64,000 nt of DNA. Source: Actinomycetes bacterium (GTDB taxonomy: Bacteria; Actinomycetota; Thermoleophilia; UBA2241). The notes beneath the pieces are model-generated. The model was not told the DNA's origin. It did no database searches and worked only from the letters and a program-made list of their open reading frames with translations. The position numbers and the translations under genes are program-made. The stretch covers positions 70,432 through 134,431 of the forward strand of contig JAKPOQ010000004.1 of the NCBI GenBank assembly GCA_029547745.1, read 5' to 3'. Below are positions 17,567 to 30,706 of the stretch, piece after piece. Numbering within the stretch: position 1 is the stretch's first letter; every line of letters starts with the position of its first letter.

Positions 17567-20341
17567 ATGACCGCGGACGACCTCAGCCGGCGCCTCTACC
17601 TCCTCGACGGTTCGAGTCTCGCCTTCCGCGCCTTCTTTGCTCTGCCCGACACCATCACCACGGCCGACGGCTTCCCGACGAACGCCCTGTTCGGCCTCAG
17701 CCAGATGTTCCTCAAGATCGTCGCCGAATACCGGCCCGCGAACGTGGTCGTCGCCTGGGACGGGCCGGAGAAGACGTTTCGCCACGAGGAGTACGTCGAG
17801 TACAAGGCACAGCGCCCGGAGATGCCCGACCTGCTCGCGGAACAGTGGCCGCACCTCCCCGAGGTCGTCGAGGCTTTCGGTTTCGTCGATCTCGTGCAGC
17901 CGGGCTACGAAGCCGACGACATCCTCGGCACGCTCGCGCAGGCGGCCAAGCGCGCCGGCGTCGGCGCCGTCGTCGTGACCGGCGACCGCGATGCCCTGCA
18001 GCTCGTCGACGACGACGTCTGGGTCATGGCCACGGGGCGCGGTGTCACCGACGTCAAGGTCTACACGCCGGCCGCGGTCGTCGAGCGCTTCGGCGTGCCG
18101 CCGGAGCGTGTCCCCGACTTCATCGGCTTCAAGGGCGATGCGTCGGACAACATCCCCGGCGTGCCGGGCATCGGAGAGAAGACGGCCGCCCTCCTCGTAC
18201 AGCAGTTCGGCAGTCTCGAGGCCGTGTACGAACGCATCGACGAGGTCGCCTCCGAGAAGCGGCGCGCCCTGCTCCTTGAGCACGAAGAGACGGCGCGCCT
18301 GTCGAAGCGCCTCGCCACCATCGTGCTCGATGTGCCGCTCGAGATCGATGTCGCGGAGCTCGTGAGCCGGCGCGACTATCGTCTGCCGGTCGACAGAGTC
18401 GAGCAGGTGTTCCGACGCTACGAGTTCCGCAGCCTCATCCGTCGTCTGCATGAGGTGGCGCGAAAGCTCGAGGAAGGGGCCGCGGGGACGGCCGCCGAGC
18501 CCGACGCCGACGCCGCCTCTGTCGCTTCCGGCGTCGTGCCCGGCGCGTCGGGGGCGTCTCCGGCGGCTGCTGCCCGCGGCCCGAAGCTCGTCATCGAACA
18601 TGGGGCGGGGCCGCTGGCGGCGATGCTCGAACAGCGCGAGGCGGCGCTCGCCCTGGAGCCCGCCGGCGACGGCGTCGCCGCTGCGGTCGGCGACGACGCC
18701 GTCGCCGTCGCCGCCCTTCTTCCCGCCGACGAGCTGCCGGCCTTGTGGCGCCTGGGCGGGCACGTCGTGGTGCACGACGCCAAGGCCCAGCCCGGCTACC
18801 GGAGCGCGGCCGCCGAGTCGGCCTTCGACACGGCGATCGCGCCGGCCTTCGACACGGCGATCGCCGCCTATCTCCTGGCGCCCGAGGCGCCCGAGAAGGA
18901 GCGCACCCTGGAGGCGCTCGGCGCTCGGGCGGCGGTCACGGCGACCGACCCGGCGAGCCCCGCGGGAGCGGCGGCCGCGGCGGGTGAGACGGCGGGCGAG
19001 GCGCAGGACGGCGCCCGCGCCGCGGCCGCCGCCCGCGCCGCCCTCGCCGCGGCCGCCGCCCGCGCCGCCCTGACATGGCAGGTGGCGGCGGACCAGCGGC
19101 CTCGACTGGCCGAGCTGGGCCTGGAACGTCTCTTCCGCGAGATAGAGCTTCCGCTCGTCCGCGTGCTGGCGCGCATGGAGGCCGTCGGCGTGCGCATGGA
19201 CCCCTACCGGCTGGGCGAGATCACGGCCCGTGTGCGCGAGCGCGTCGACGAGGTGACCGATCGCATCTACAAGCTCGCCGGGCGGCCCTTCACCATCGGC
19301 TCGCCGCAGCAGCTCGCGGAGGTCCTCTTCCACGACCTCGGCCTGGAGCCGGTGCGCAAGGGGAAGACCGGGTACTCGACCGACGCCCGCGTCCTGCGGG
19401 CGCTGCGCGACCGGCACCCGATCGTCCCCGCCGTTGAGGAGTGGCGCGAGCTCACGAAGCTCCTCAACACGTACCTCGAGCCGCTGCCCACGTACATCGA
19501 CCCGACCACGGGCAGGCTCCACACCACGTTCAAGCAGACGGTGACCGCCACGGGACGACTCTCGAGCGTGAACCCCAACCTGCAGAACATCCCGGTGCGC
19601 ACGGAGCTCGGGGCCGAGATCCGTTCCTGCTTCGTCGCCGAGGAGGGCCGTCTGCTCGTCGTCGCCGACTACTCGCAGATCGAGCTGCGCCTCATGGCGT
19701 ATCTTTCCGGCGAGGAGGCGCTCATCGAGGCGTACCACCGCGGCGAGGACGTCCATCGCGTGACCGCCGCCGCCGTCGCCGGCATCCCGGTCTCCGAGGT
19801 CACGAAGCAACAACGCGAGCGCGCCAAGGCGGTCAACTTCGGCATCATGTACGGCCTGTCCGCCTATGGGCTTTCTGAACAGCTCGGGATCCCCGTGGAG
19901 GAGGCGCGCGCCTTCATCGACGCGTACTTCGCGCGCTACCCGAAGGTCATGGAGTTCCGCGAGCGCGTGATCGCCCAGGCGAGGCGGGACGGGTATGTGA
20001 CCACACTCTTCGGACGCCGCAGGGCCGTGCCCGAGCTGCGCTCCGGCGTGCACAGCGTGCGCTCCCTCGGCGAGCGTCTCGCCGTCAACACGGTCCTCCA
20101 GGGCACGGCGGCCGACATCATCAAGGTGGCCATGGTCGGCGTCGACCGCACGATCGAGGGGCGCGGGCTGACGGCGCGCCTCGTCCTTCAGGTCCACGAC
20201 GAGCTCGTGGTCGAGGCGCCGCGGGACGAGGTCGCAGCCGTCGAAGACGTGCTGCGGGCCGAGATGTGCGGCGCCTGCGAGATCGACCCGCCGCTCGAGG
20301 TCGAGATCGGCTCCGGGCCGGACTGGTTCACGGCGAAGTAG
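17567..20341 (+). CDS. polA: DNA polymerase I
   Basis: 5'-3' exonuclease (YEADD, GDASDNIPGVPGIGEKTA); polymerase motifs DYSQIELR, RAKAVNFG, QVHDEL. TAGAAT 6 nt before ATG (leaderless). Confidence 0.98.
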   Translation: MTADDLSRRLYLLDGSSLAFRAFFALPDTITTADGFPTNALFGLSQMFLKIVAEYRPANVVVAWDGPEKTFRHEEYVEYKAQRPEMPDLLAEQWPHLPEVVEAFGFVDLVQPGYEADDILGTLAQAAKRAGVGAVVVTGDRDALQLVDDDVWVMATGRGVTDVKVYTPAAVVERFGVPPERVPDFIGFKGDASDNIPGVPGIGEKTAALLVQQFGSLEAVYERIDEVASEKRRALLLEHEETARLSKRLATIVLDVPLEIDVAELVSRRDYRLPVDRVEQVFRRYEFRSLIRRLHEVARKLEEGAAGTAAEPDADAASVASGVVPGASGASPAAAARGPKLVIEHGAGPLAAMLEQREAALALEPAGDGVAAAVGDDAVAVAALLPADELPALWRLGGHVVVHDAKAQPGYRSAAAESAFDTAIAPAFDTAIAAYLLAPEAPEKERTLEALGARAAVTATDPASPAGAAAAAGETAGEAQDGARAAAAARAALAAAAARAALTWQVAADQRPRLAELGLERLFREIELPLVRVLARMEAVGVRMDPYRLGEITARVRERVDEVTDRIYKLAGRPFTIGSPQQLAEVLFHDLGLEPVRKGKTGYSTDARVLRALRDRHPIVPAVEEWRELTKLLNTYLEPLPTYIDPTTGRLHTTFKQTVTATGRLSSVNPNLQNIPVRTELGAEIRSCFVAEEGRLLVVADYSQIELRLMAYLSGEEALIEAYHRGEDVHRVTAAAVAGIPVSEVTKQQRERAKAVNFGIMYGLSAYGLSEQLGIPVEEARAFIDAYFARYPKVMEFRERVIAQARRDGYVTTLFGRRRAVPELRSGVHSVRSLGERLAVNTVLQGTAADIIKVAMVGVDRTIEGRGLTARLVLQVHDELVVEAPRDEVAAVEDVLRAEMCGACEIDPPLEVEIGSGPDWFTAK

Positions 20342-20408
20342 GGCGCCGGTCTCGGGCTTCGCGCCCTATGCGCGGGCGCCGGGCGCCCTTCGCGCGGGCG
20401 CCCGCGCA

Positions 20409-20417
20409 TGGTATAAT
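20409..20417 (+). promoter_or_regulatory. extended -10 promoter (TGgTATAAT) for rpsA
   Basis: Perfect TATAAT with TG in a very GC-rich background. Confidence 0.7.
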
Positions 20418-20504
20418 CCCCCGGTTTGCGGCCCGGTCGCGGTTCCCGGGCCGTTCCCATCCCGACAAACGACGGACCGCAGCGACCGGGAGGAAGACCG
20501 ACCG

Positions 20505-22112
20505 ATGACCGACGAAGCGACCGAGACCACCGCCCCGACCACCGCCCCGACCGTGAGTGCCTCCGCCGAGGCGCCTTCCGCCGAGGCCACCTCCGCCGAG
20601 GCGTCCGCCGCCGCGCCGGCGGCGCTGCCCAGCGACGGACCCAAGGTCGTCGAGGGCAGCGAAGGCTACCTCATCGAGGTCGACGGCGAGATCGTGCCGA
20701 ACTACGACGCGACCATCACGGTCTTTACCGAAGGCGACATCGTCACCGGAAAGGTCGTGCGCATCGACAAGGACGAGGTCCTCGTCGACATCGGATACAA
20801 GAGCGAAGGCGTCATCCCCGTCAACGAGCTCTCCATCCGCAAGAACGTCAACACCGCGGACGAGGTGCAGCTCGGCGAAGAGATCGACGCGCTCGTCATG
20901 CAGAAAGAAGACGCCGACGGGCGTCTCATCCTCAGCAAGAAGCGGGCGCGCTTCGAGAAGGCCTGGAAGCGTATCGAGGAGGCCCACGAGACGGGCACTC
21001 CGGTGCAGGGCACCGTGATCGAGGTCGTCAAGGGCGGCCTCATCCTCGACCTCGGCGTCCGCGGCTTCCTCCCTGCCTCGCTGGTCGACATCCGCCGCGT
21101 GCAGGATCTTTCCGAATACGTCGGGCAGCAGCTCAACTGCCGTGTCATCGAGATGAACCGCAACCGCAACAACGTCGTGCTCTCGCGGCGCGCGGTCCTC
21201 GAGGAGGAGCGCAAGGAGGTCCGCCAGCAGATCATCGACGAGCTCAACGTCGGCGACATCGTCGAGGGCACCATCTCGAACATCGTCGACTTCGGGGCGT
21301 TCGTCGACCTCGACGGCATCGACGGTCTCATCCACATCAGCGAGCTCAGTTGGACGCACATCAACCATCCGTCCGAGGTGCTGCAGGTCAACCAGAAGGT
21401 CAAGGTCAAGGTGCTCGACATCGACCGCGACCGCCAGCGCATCTCCCTGGGTCTCAAGCAGACCCAGGAGGACCCGTGGCAGAAGATCGTCGCCCGCCAC
21501 AAGGTCGGCGACATCGTCGACGGCCGCGTCACCAAGATCGTCGCCTTCGGCGCCTTCGTCGAGATCTACGAGGGCATCGAGGGCCTCGTCCACATCAGCG
21601 AGCTCGCCAACCGCCACGTCGAGCGCCCGGACGAGATCGTCGCCGTGGGCCAGCAGGTCCGCGTCAAGATCATCGAGGTCGACTCCGAACGTCGCCGGCT
21701 CAGCTTGAGTATCAAGCGCGTCGACGGCGAGAACGTGCGCCCGATGCGACCGGTTCAGGAGGCGGCGCCGGCCGCCCCGCCCGCGGGCGGGGCGGAGGCG
21801 GCGGCCGAGGCCGAGCCCGAGGCAGCCGTCGAAGCCGGAGCGACTCCGGAGGCCGAGGCCGAGGTCGTGCCTGAGGGCGGGCCCGAGGCCGCCGTGAGCG
21901 AGACGGCGGCCGCCGCGGAATCGGCCGAGGCCGAGACCGCGGACGAAGGGCCGGTCGAAGGCGCGCCGCCGGCGGTCCCGGAGCACGAGCCCACGCTGGG
22001 GCTGAGCGACGAGGTGTTCCCCCAGGGCGCGGCGTCGGCGATCGAGGACGAAGTGCCGGGCACGAGCACGGACGACGCCGCGTCGCAGGACGCTCCGGGG
22101 CCAGAGGCCTGA
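20505..22112 (+). CDS. rpsA: 30S ribosomal protein S1
   Basis: Four S1 repeats (DIGYKSEG, RGFLPASL, DGLIHISELSW, EGLVHISEL); low-complexity termini. Confidence 0.97.
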   Translation: MTDEATETTAPTTAPTVSASAEAPSAEATSAEASAAAPAALPSDGPKVVEGSEGYLIEVDGEIVPNYDATITVFTEGDIVTGKVVRIDKDEVLVDIGYKSEGVIPVNELSIRKNVNTADEVQLGEEIDALVMQKEDADGRLILSKKRARFEKAWKRIEEAHETGTPVQGTVIEVVKGGLILDLGVRGFLPASLVDIRRVQDLSEYVGQQLNCRVIEMNRNRNNVVLSRRAVLEEERKEVRQQIIDELNVGDIVEGTISNIVDFGAFVDLDGIDGLIHISELSWTHINHPSEVLQVNQKVKVKVLDIDRDRQRISLGLKQTQEDPWQKIVARHKVGDIVDGRVTKIVAFGAFVEIYEGIEGLVHISELANRHVERPDEIVAVGQQVRVKIIEVDSERRRLSLSIKRVDGENVRPMRPVQEAAPAAPPAGGAEAAAEAEPEAAVEAGATPEAEAEVVPEGGPEAAVSETAAAAESAEAETADEGPVEGAPPAVPEHEPTLGLSDEVFPQGAASAIEDEVPGTSTDDAASQDAPGPEA

Positions 22113-22170
22113 TCGACGACCTCGGCGGGCGGCGCGCGTATGGGGCGCCGCCCGCGCGGAGCGATGCGTC

Positions 22171-22815
22171 ATGAGCAGACGAAAGCGACTCCCGCGCCTG
22201 GGCGTCACCGGAGGCATCGGCTCCGGCAAGTCGACGGCTCTCGCGTACCTGCGCCAGCTCGGCGCCGCCGTTATCTCGAGTGACGACGTCGTGCACGACC
22301 TCCTGGAGGAGGACGAGATCGTCGCCGCGATCAGGGAGCGGTTCGGCGACGAGGTCGTGGTCGACGGGGTCGTCAGCAGGCCCGCCCTCGCCCACGTCGT
22401 CTTCGAGGACCGCGAGGCCCTCGACTGGCTCGAGGCTCTGTTGCACCCGAACGTGCGCCGCAGGGTCGAGCAGTGGGCGCGCGAGCAGGAGGAGGCCCGG
22501 CCCCGTCCGGCGCTGGTCGTCGTCGAGGTGCCGCTGCTGTTCGAGACGGGCTGGAACGAGTCGTTCGACCACACGATGCTCATCACGGCGCCGGCCGACG
22601 TGCGGCGCAAACGGGTCAGCGGGAAGCTCACCGAGAGCGAGTTCCAGCGTCGCCTCGAGCAACAGATGCCGGAGGAAGAGAAGATCGCCCGGGCCGAGTT
22701 CGTGTGCCGGAACACGGGTACGCGCCACGAACTCAGGGACGCGGTGCGCGAGGCGTTCGCGACCATCATCGCCGCGGCTACCGGGCGCCACGAGACTCCG
22801 GCATCGGGGCGATGA
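22171..22815 (+). CDS. coaE: dephospho-CoA kinase
   Basis: GVTGGIGSGKST, LLHP, EVPLLFE. Confidence 0.96.
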   Translation: MSRRKRLPRLGVTGGIGSGKSTALAYLRQLGAAVISSDDVVHDLLEEDEIVAAIRERFGDEVVVDGVVSRPALAHVVFEDREALDWLEALLHPNVRRRVEQWAREQEEARPRPALVVVEVPLLFETGWNESFDHTMLITAPADVRRKRVSGKLTESEFQRRLEQQMPEEEKIARAEFVCRNTGTRHELRDAVREAFATIIAAATGRHETPASGR

Positions 22816-23408
22816 GACGCGCGATCCTCGTGGCCGCCACCGTGGTCGCGGTGGCGGCCACGCTGTTCGCGCTGCACCGTATGCCGACCGACCGGTACGC
22901 GCGGTGGTTGCCTGTCCCGCTTGCCAGGGCTGTGTACCCGCTCGAGCACGACGGCCTGATCCGCGAGGCGGCGCGCCGCAACGACGTCGACCCGGCGCTC
23001 GTCGCCGCCGTCATCTACGCCGAGAGCGGCTTTCGCGAAGATGCCGTGTCGTCGCGCGGGGCTGTCGGTCTCATGCAGCTCCTGCCCTCGACGGCGACCG
23101 AGATCGCGCGTCGCACAGGAGGGGAGCGCTTCGTGGTCGACGACCTTCGCGACGCAGCCGTCAACATCCGCTACGGTACGCACTACCTCGCCGCCCTCCT
23201 CGAACGCTATGACGGGTCACTCGTCGAAGCCCTTGCCGCCTATCAGGCGGGAGCCCGGGTCGTCGACCGGTGCGTGGCGCGGGGCGCTGGCGCTGTCCGC
23301 ATCGGCGATATCCCCTACGCGGACACGCGTGACTACGTGCACGAGGTGATCGGCATGACGCGCATCTACCGGCGGGCGTACGCCGCCGAGCTCGGGGGCC
23401 AGGAGTGA
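22812..23408 (+). CDS. lytic transglycosylase (SLT domain), N-terminal membrane anchor
   Basis: [30 protein letters not shown]; ATGA overlap with coaE. Confidence 0.92.
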   Translation: MRRAILVAATVVAVAATLFALHRMPTDRYARWLPVPLARAVYPLEHDGLIREAARRNDVDPALVAAVIYAESGFREDAVSSRGAVGLMQLLPSTATEIARRTGGERFVVDDLRDAAVNIRYGTHYLAALLERYDGSLVEALAAYQAGARVVDRCVARGAGAVRIGDIPYADTRDYVHEVIGMTRIYRRAYAAELGGQE

Positions 23409-23500
23409 CGGGCGGGAGCGCGACGGCGAGCGGGTCTCGTCGCGTGCGGGGCCGCGCCCGCCGGGCGAGACGCCCGCCGGGCGCGGCCCCGCACGCGGTG

Positions 23501-23529
23501 TTGCGAACATGTGTTCGCCTTGGTACAGT
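23501..23529 (+). promoter_or_regulatory. uvrB promoter (TTGCGA-17-TACAGT) overlapped by LexA/SOS box CGAAC-ATGT-GTTCG (23504-23517)
   Basis: Perfect match to the Gram-positive/actinobacterial LexA consensus GAAC-N4-GTTC. Confidence 0.88.
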
Positions 23530-23625
23530 CGGGCAAGATGGGAGACAGTGGACGACATCGACCGATGCGCGAGTCCCGCCTCCGATGAGCGCGTCCGGGG
23601 GTTCGATGGACCAGTCCGGTGTCCG

Positions 23626-25638
23626 ATGAGCGAGTTCAAGATCCAATCGAGCTACGGCCTCACCGGCGACCAGCCCGAGGCGGTCGCCGCGCTCTCCGAA
23701 GGTGTGCGGCGCGGCGACCGCCACCAGACGCTGCTCGGCGTCACCGGCTCGGGCAAGACGTTCACCATGGCCAACGTCATCGAGCGCGTGCAGAAGCCCA
23801 CGCTCGTCATCGCCCACAACAAGACCCTGGCGGCGCAGCTCTGCAACGAGTTCCGCGAGTTCCTGCCCGACAATGCCGTCGAGTACTTCGTGAGCTACTA
23901 CGACTACTACCAGCCCGAAGCTTACGTGCCGGCTCAGGACCTCTACATCGAGAAGGACTCGTCCATCAACGATGAGATCGACCGCCTGCGACACTCGGCG
24001 ACGACGTCGCTGTTGCTACGCCGCGACGTCGTCATCGTCGCCTCGGTGAGCTGCATCTACGGTCTCGGCTCGCCGGAGGAGTACCTCGAGAGCGTCGTCC
24101 TCTTGCAGGTCGGCGAGACCGTCGACCGCGACGACGTCCTGCGCAAGCTCGTCGCCAACCAGTACGCGCGCAACGACTTCGAGCCCGCGCGCGGCAAGTT
24201 CCGCGTCCGCGGCGACTCCGTCGAGATCTGGCCCGCCGACGAAGACGCGGCCGTGCGGGTGCTCTTCTGGGGCGACGAGGTCGAGGAGATCGTCCGCTTC
24301 GACCCGGTCGGCGGCGAGGTGCTCGAGAGGCCGCGCCACGTCGCCATCTACCCGGCGACGCACTTCATCACCAGCGGGCCGGCGATCGAGCGTGCCCTCG
24401 TCGAGATCCAGCGCGAGCTCGACGAGCGCTGCGCCTGGTTCGAGGAGCACGGCAAGATCCTCGAGGCCCATCGTCTTCGTCAGCGCACGCTCTACGACAT
24501 GGAGATGCTGCGCGAGATGGGCTTCTGCAACGGCATCGAGAACTACTCGCGCATCCTGCTCGGCAAGGAGCCGGGGGCGACCCCCAACTGCCTGCTCGAC
24601 TACTTCCCCGACGACTGGCTGTGCTTCATCGACGAGTCGCACATGACGCTGCCCCAGATCGCCGGCATGTACGAGGGCGACCGTTCGCGCAAGACCACCC
24701 TCGTCGACTACGGGTTCCGCCTGCCGAGCGCGCTCGACAATCGGCCGCTCCGCATCGACGAGTTCCTCGCCAAGGTGCCGCAGGTCGTCTTTGTGAGCGC
24801 GACGCCGGGCGAGTTCGAGCTTGCCAACAGCGTCAACATCGCCGAGCAGCTCATCCGGCCGACCGGGCTGGTCGACCCCGAGATCGAGGTGCGGCCCATC
24901 GAGGGCCAGATCGACGACCTCATGAACGAGATCGCGGCGCGCGTCGAGAAGGACCAGCGCGTGCTGGTCACGACGCTCACGAAGCGCATGGCCGAGGACC
25001 TCACCGACTACCTCGTCGAGAACGGACTGCGGGTCCGCTACCTGCACAGCGAGATCGACACCATCGAGCGCATCCAGATCGTGCGCCAGCTCCGCCTCGG
25101 CGAGTTCGACGTCCTCGTGGGCATCAACCTGCTGCGCGAGGGTCTCGACCTGCCCGAGGTCACGCTGGTGGCGATCCTCGACGCCGATAAGGAAGGCTTC
25201 CTGCGCGGCCAGACGAGCCTCATCCAGACCATCGGGCGCGCGGCGCGCAACGTCGACGGCAAGGTCATCATGTACGCCGACAGGACGACGGCGGCGATGC
25301 GCGCCGCCATCGACGAGACCAACCGGCGGCGCGCCAGGCAGATCGCCTACAACGAGGCCCACGGCATCACGCCGCGCAGCATCGTCAAGGCGGTGAGCGA
25401 CATCGCCCAGATGGTCAGCGACCAGGCGGGCGTGCCGACGAAGGGCCGCCGAGCGGCCAAGGCCGTGGCCCGGCGGCTGGCCATGCCCACCGCCGATCTG
25501 GAACGCCTCATCGCCGACCTCGAGGCCGAGATGTTCCAGGCGGCGGACGAGCTCAAGTTCGAATATGCGGCGAAGCTCAGGGACGAGGTCAAGGAACTGA
25601 GCCGCGAGCTGAGCCGGCGAGGGGCTGCGGCAGGCTGA
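23626..25638 (+). CDS. uvrB: excinuclease ABC subunit B
   Basis: [31 protein letters not shown]; alternative in-frame GTG at 23548. Confidence 0.98.
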   Translation: MSEFKIQSSYGLTGDQPEAVAALSEGVRRGDRHQTLLGVTGSGKTFTMANVIERVQKPTLVIAHNKTLAAQLCNEFREFLPDNAVEYFVSYYDYYQPEAYVPAQDLYIEKDSSINDEIDRLRHSATTSLLLRRDVVIVASVSCIYGLGSPEEYLESVVLLQVGETVDRDDVLRKLVANQYARNDFEPARGKFRVRGDSVEIWPADEDAAVRVLFWGDEVEEIVRFDPVGGEVLERPRHVAIYPATHFITSGPAIERALVEIQRELDERCAWFEEHGKILEAHRLRQRTLYDMEMLREMGFCNGIENYSRILLGKEPGATPNCLLDYFPDDWLCFIDESHMTLPQIAGMYEGDRSRKTTLVDYGFRLPSALDNRPLRIDEFLAKVPQVVFVSATPGEFELANSVNIAEQLIRPTGLVDPEIEVRPIEGQIDDLMNEIAARVEKDQRVLVTTLTKRMAEDLTDYLVENGLRVRYLHSEIDTIERIQIVRQLRLGEFDVLVGINLLREGLDLPEVTLVAILDADKEGFLRGQTSLIQTIGRAARNVDGKVIMYADRTTAAMRAAIDETNRRRARQIAYNEAHGITPRSIVKAVSDIAQMVSDQAGVPTKGRRAAKAVARRLAMPTADLERLIADLEAEMFQAADELKFEYAAKLRDEVKELSRELSRRGAAAG

Positions 25639-25741
25639 GCGCGCGCCGAGCGGCGCAGCCGACTCGGCGTGCGCCTCGGGCGCGGCGTCCCCGTCCCCGC
25701 GTCGGCCGACGTCGGCCGGCCCTCTGTGGCACACTGAAGAC

Positions 25742-28597
<2,856 letters not shown>

Positions 28598-28907
28598 TAT
28601 TGTGCCGGTCCGAGAAGCATCCCCGGCTCATCGGCTTGGTTTCGTCGACACCGGCCTGAACGGCCCCTGACGATCGGTCCGCCAACGGACGAGGGGGCCG
28701 CCGTAAGGGGGGCGATAAGTGGCTGCCGGGTGCTCGGCCAGCCGGGGGGCAGAGTGGCGCCTGGCGCCGTTCGCGTAGTCGGTGCTCGCCGAAGGAGCGC
28801 GGACGGCTGCGGTCTGGGCTGTCGCGGACGTAAGCCCACACCGATCTCCATCCCTGGGTCACAGGCAGATCGAGGGAATCCTGTCAGCGAGGAAAGGAGA
28901 AATATCG

Positions 28908-30446
28908 GTGTTCGACTTCGATGAGATCGTCGTCCACCTGGGGGCTTTCGACTGGGTCATCGTCGTGGTGTACATCGCGACGATGCTATATATCGGCTTC
29001 TACTTCCAGAAGCGGTCCAAGGGCTTCGACGACTACTTCATGGCGGGGCGCGGCCTGACGGCGCCCCTCCTGGTCGGGACCCTGGTCTCGACCTTCTACG
29101 GCCTCGACACGCTCTTCGGCACCTCCGAGGTCGGCTACTACGAGGGGATCTCGGCTTTCTTTGCCTACTCGCTGCCCTATACGGCGACTTACGTCGCCAT
29201 GGCCTTCCTCGCTCCGCAGTTCAAGGGCCGCTTCCCCGAGAACTCGACCATGCAGGACATCGCCTTCAAGAAGTACGGCACGCCCGCCGGGGTCGTGACC
29301 TCGATCGCCTCCTTCGTGTACTCGACGAACACGATGGAGATGATGGGCATCGGCTTCTTGCTCCACCTCGTCCTCGGGATGCCGTTCTGGATGGGGGTGC
29401 TGATTGGAGCGATCGTCGTTCTCGTCTACACCCTGACCGGCGGCCTCTGGGCGGTCACGATCACTGACTTCGTGCAGTTCTTCGTCATGCTGTTCACCGT
29501 GGGCCTCGCCCTGATCATCGCCTGGTACGAGCTCGGCGGCTATGACAGGGTCTGGGACGGGCTCAAGGCTTTCGCCGGCGAAGACCCCGGTTACTACTTC
29601 AGCCCCGGGGCCGGCTACCTGACGCCGTGGACGCTGGTCGCCTACTCCGTCACTGCATTGGCCGTGTTCTGTGACCCGGCCTTCTTCCAGCGCATGTTCG
29701 CCTCGGCGGGCCCGAACGAGATCAAGAAGGCGTTCGCCGCCGGCGTGCCCATGTGGCTGTCCTTCGACTGGGCGGTCACCTTTCTCGGCATGGCGGGGGC
29801 GGCGGCCATCGGCCTCGGTATCATCCCCGAGGTCGAGCCGAACGAGGCGCTCTTCGCCATCCAGGGCGAGTACCTGCCCGCCGGCCTCATGGGCCTGGCC
29901 TTCGTCGGCGCCCTTGCGGCGGCGATGTCGACCTCTGACTCATACTTCCTCGCCAGCGGCGGGGTCATCGGCTACGACCTCTACAAGGTCGTGCGGCCGC
30001 AGTCGACCGACAGCCAGAGAGTACGGATGACGAAGATCGGCATCCTCATCTCGGCCGTCCTCTCGATCTCGCTGGCGTTCGTCTTCGAGCGGATCATGAC
30101 CGTCTGGGTCTTCCAGGCGACGGTCATCGTCTGCACCGCCCTCGTGCCCGTCTACATGGGGACGTTCGCCAAGCGGCGGCCGAAGAAGATCGCCGGCACG
30201 GTGACGACCGCCGCCGGACTGATCCTCTCGCTCGGCTACTACCTCGCGGTGCAGCTCCTGGGCCACTGGGACTCCGACATGGAGGTGCAGGTGCTGGAGC
30301 TCGACTTGCCCGGTCTGGGCTCGGTGTCCCTGTGGATGGAGTACGGGATCCTCATCATCACCCCGATCGTCCTCGTGATCTTCCTGATCGCCAACGCCCT
30401 GGGTAAGGAAGTCCATACCGAGGAGGCCGAGGAGGTGGCGTCATGA
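28908..30446 (+). CDS. sodium:solute symporter (SSS) family protein
   Basis: GTG with SD AAAGGAG; DDYFMAGRGL, YTLTGGLWAVTITDFVQ, LAAAMSTSDS. Confidence 0.92.
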   Translation: MFDFDEIVVHLGAFDWVIVVVYIATMLYIGFYFQKRSKGFDDYFMAGRGLTAPLLVGTLVSTFYGLDTLFGTSEVGYYEGISAFFAYSLPYTATYVAMAFLAPQFKGRFPENSTMQDIAFKKYGTPAGVVTSIASFVYSTNTMEMMGIGFLLHLVLGMPFWMGVLIGAIVVLVYTLTGGLWAVTITDFVQFFVMLFTVGLALIIAWYELGGYDRVWDGLKAFAGEDPGYYFSPGAGYLTPWTLVAYSVTALAVFCDPAFFQRMFASAGPNEIKKAFAAGVPMWLSFDWAVTFLGMAGAAAIGLGIIPEVEPNEALFAIQGEYLPAGLMGLAFVGALAAAMSTSDSYFLASGGVIGYDLYKVVRPQSTDSQRVRMTKIGILISAVLSISLAFVFERIMTVWVFQATVIVCTALVPVYMGTFAKRRPKKIAGTVTTAAGLILSLGYYLAVQLLGHWDSDMEVQVLELDLPGLGSVSLWMEYGILIITPIVLVIFLIANALGKEVHTEEAEEVAS

Positions 30447-30598
30447 TGGTCGCGGCGACGAGCGGCTGGGACATCGCCAACTACATCTTTGGGGCGATAG
30501 CCATGATCGGGCCGTTCACCATCCTCTGGTGGTTCCTGAGAGCGGCCGGGCGGCGGTTCAAGGATCTGGACGAGCAAGCTCGTCAGCGGGACGAGTAG
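30443..30598 (+). CDS. 51-aa single-TM membrane protein, probable SSS accessory subunit
   Basis: MMVAATSGWDIANYIFGAIAMIGPFTILWWFLRAAGRRFKDLDEQARQRDE; SD GGAGGT; ATGA overlap with the SSS stop; absent from the ORF track. Confidence 0.75.
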   Translation: MMVAATSGWDIANYIFGAIAMIGPFTILWWFLRAAGRRFKDLDEQARQRDE

Positions 30599-30604
30599 TC
30601 CTTG

Positions 30605-30670
30605 GGCGGCGCGACCGGGGCGCCTTGGCGCCCCGGTCGCGCCGCCTTGACGCCCCGGTCGCGCCGCCTT
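30605..30670. terminator. 20-bp perfect hairpin with duplicated right arm
   Basis: Arms 30605-30624 and 30627-30646; 30649-30670 repeats 30627-30648 with 1 mismatch. Confidence 0.65.
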
Positions 30671-30706
30671 CCCGGCCCCTCTCGTTCGCAGGGTACAATC
30701 GCTCCT

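Noticed and set aside
28600-28625. GGTCCGAG resembling a ykkC/guanidine-I riboswitch element
   Set aside because: Upstream UAGGGUUCCG and 3' AAAAGCCCGGGAG-type elements are absent.
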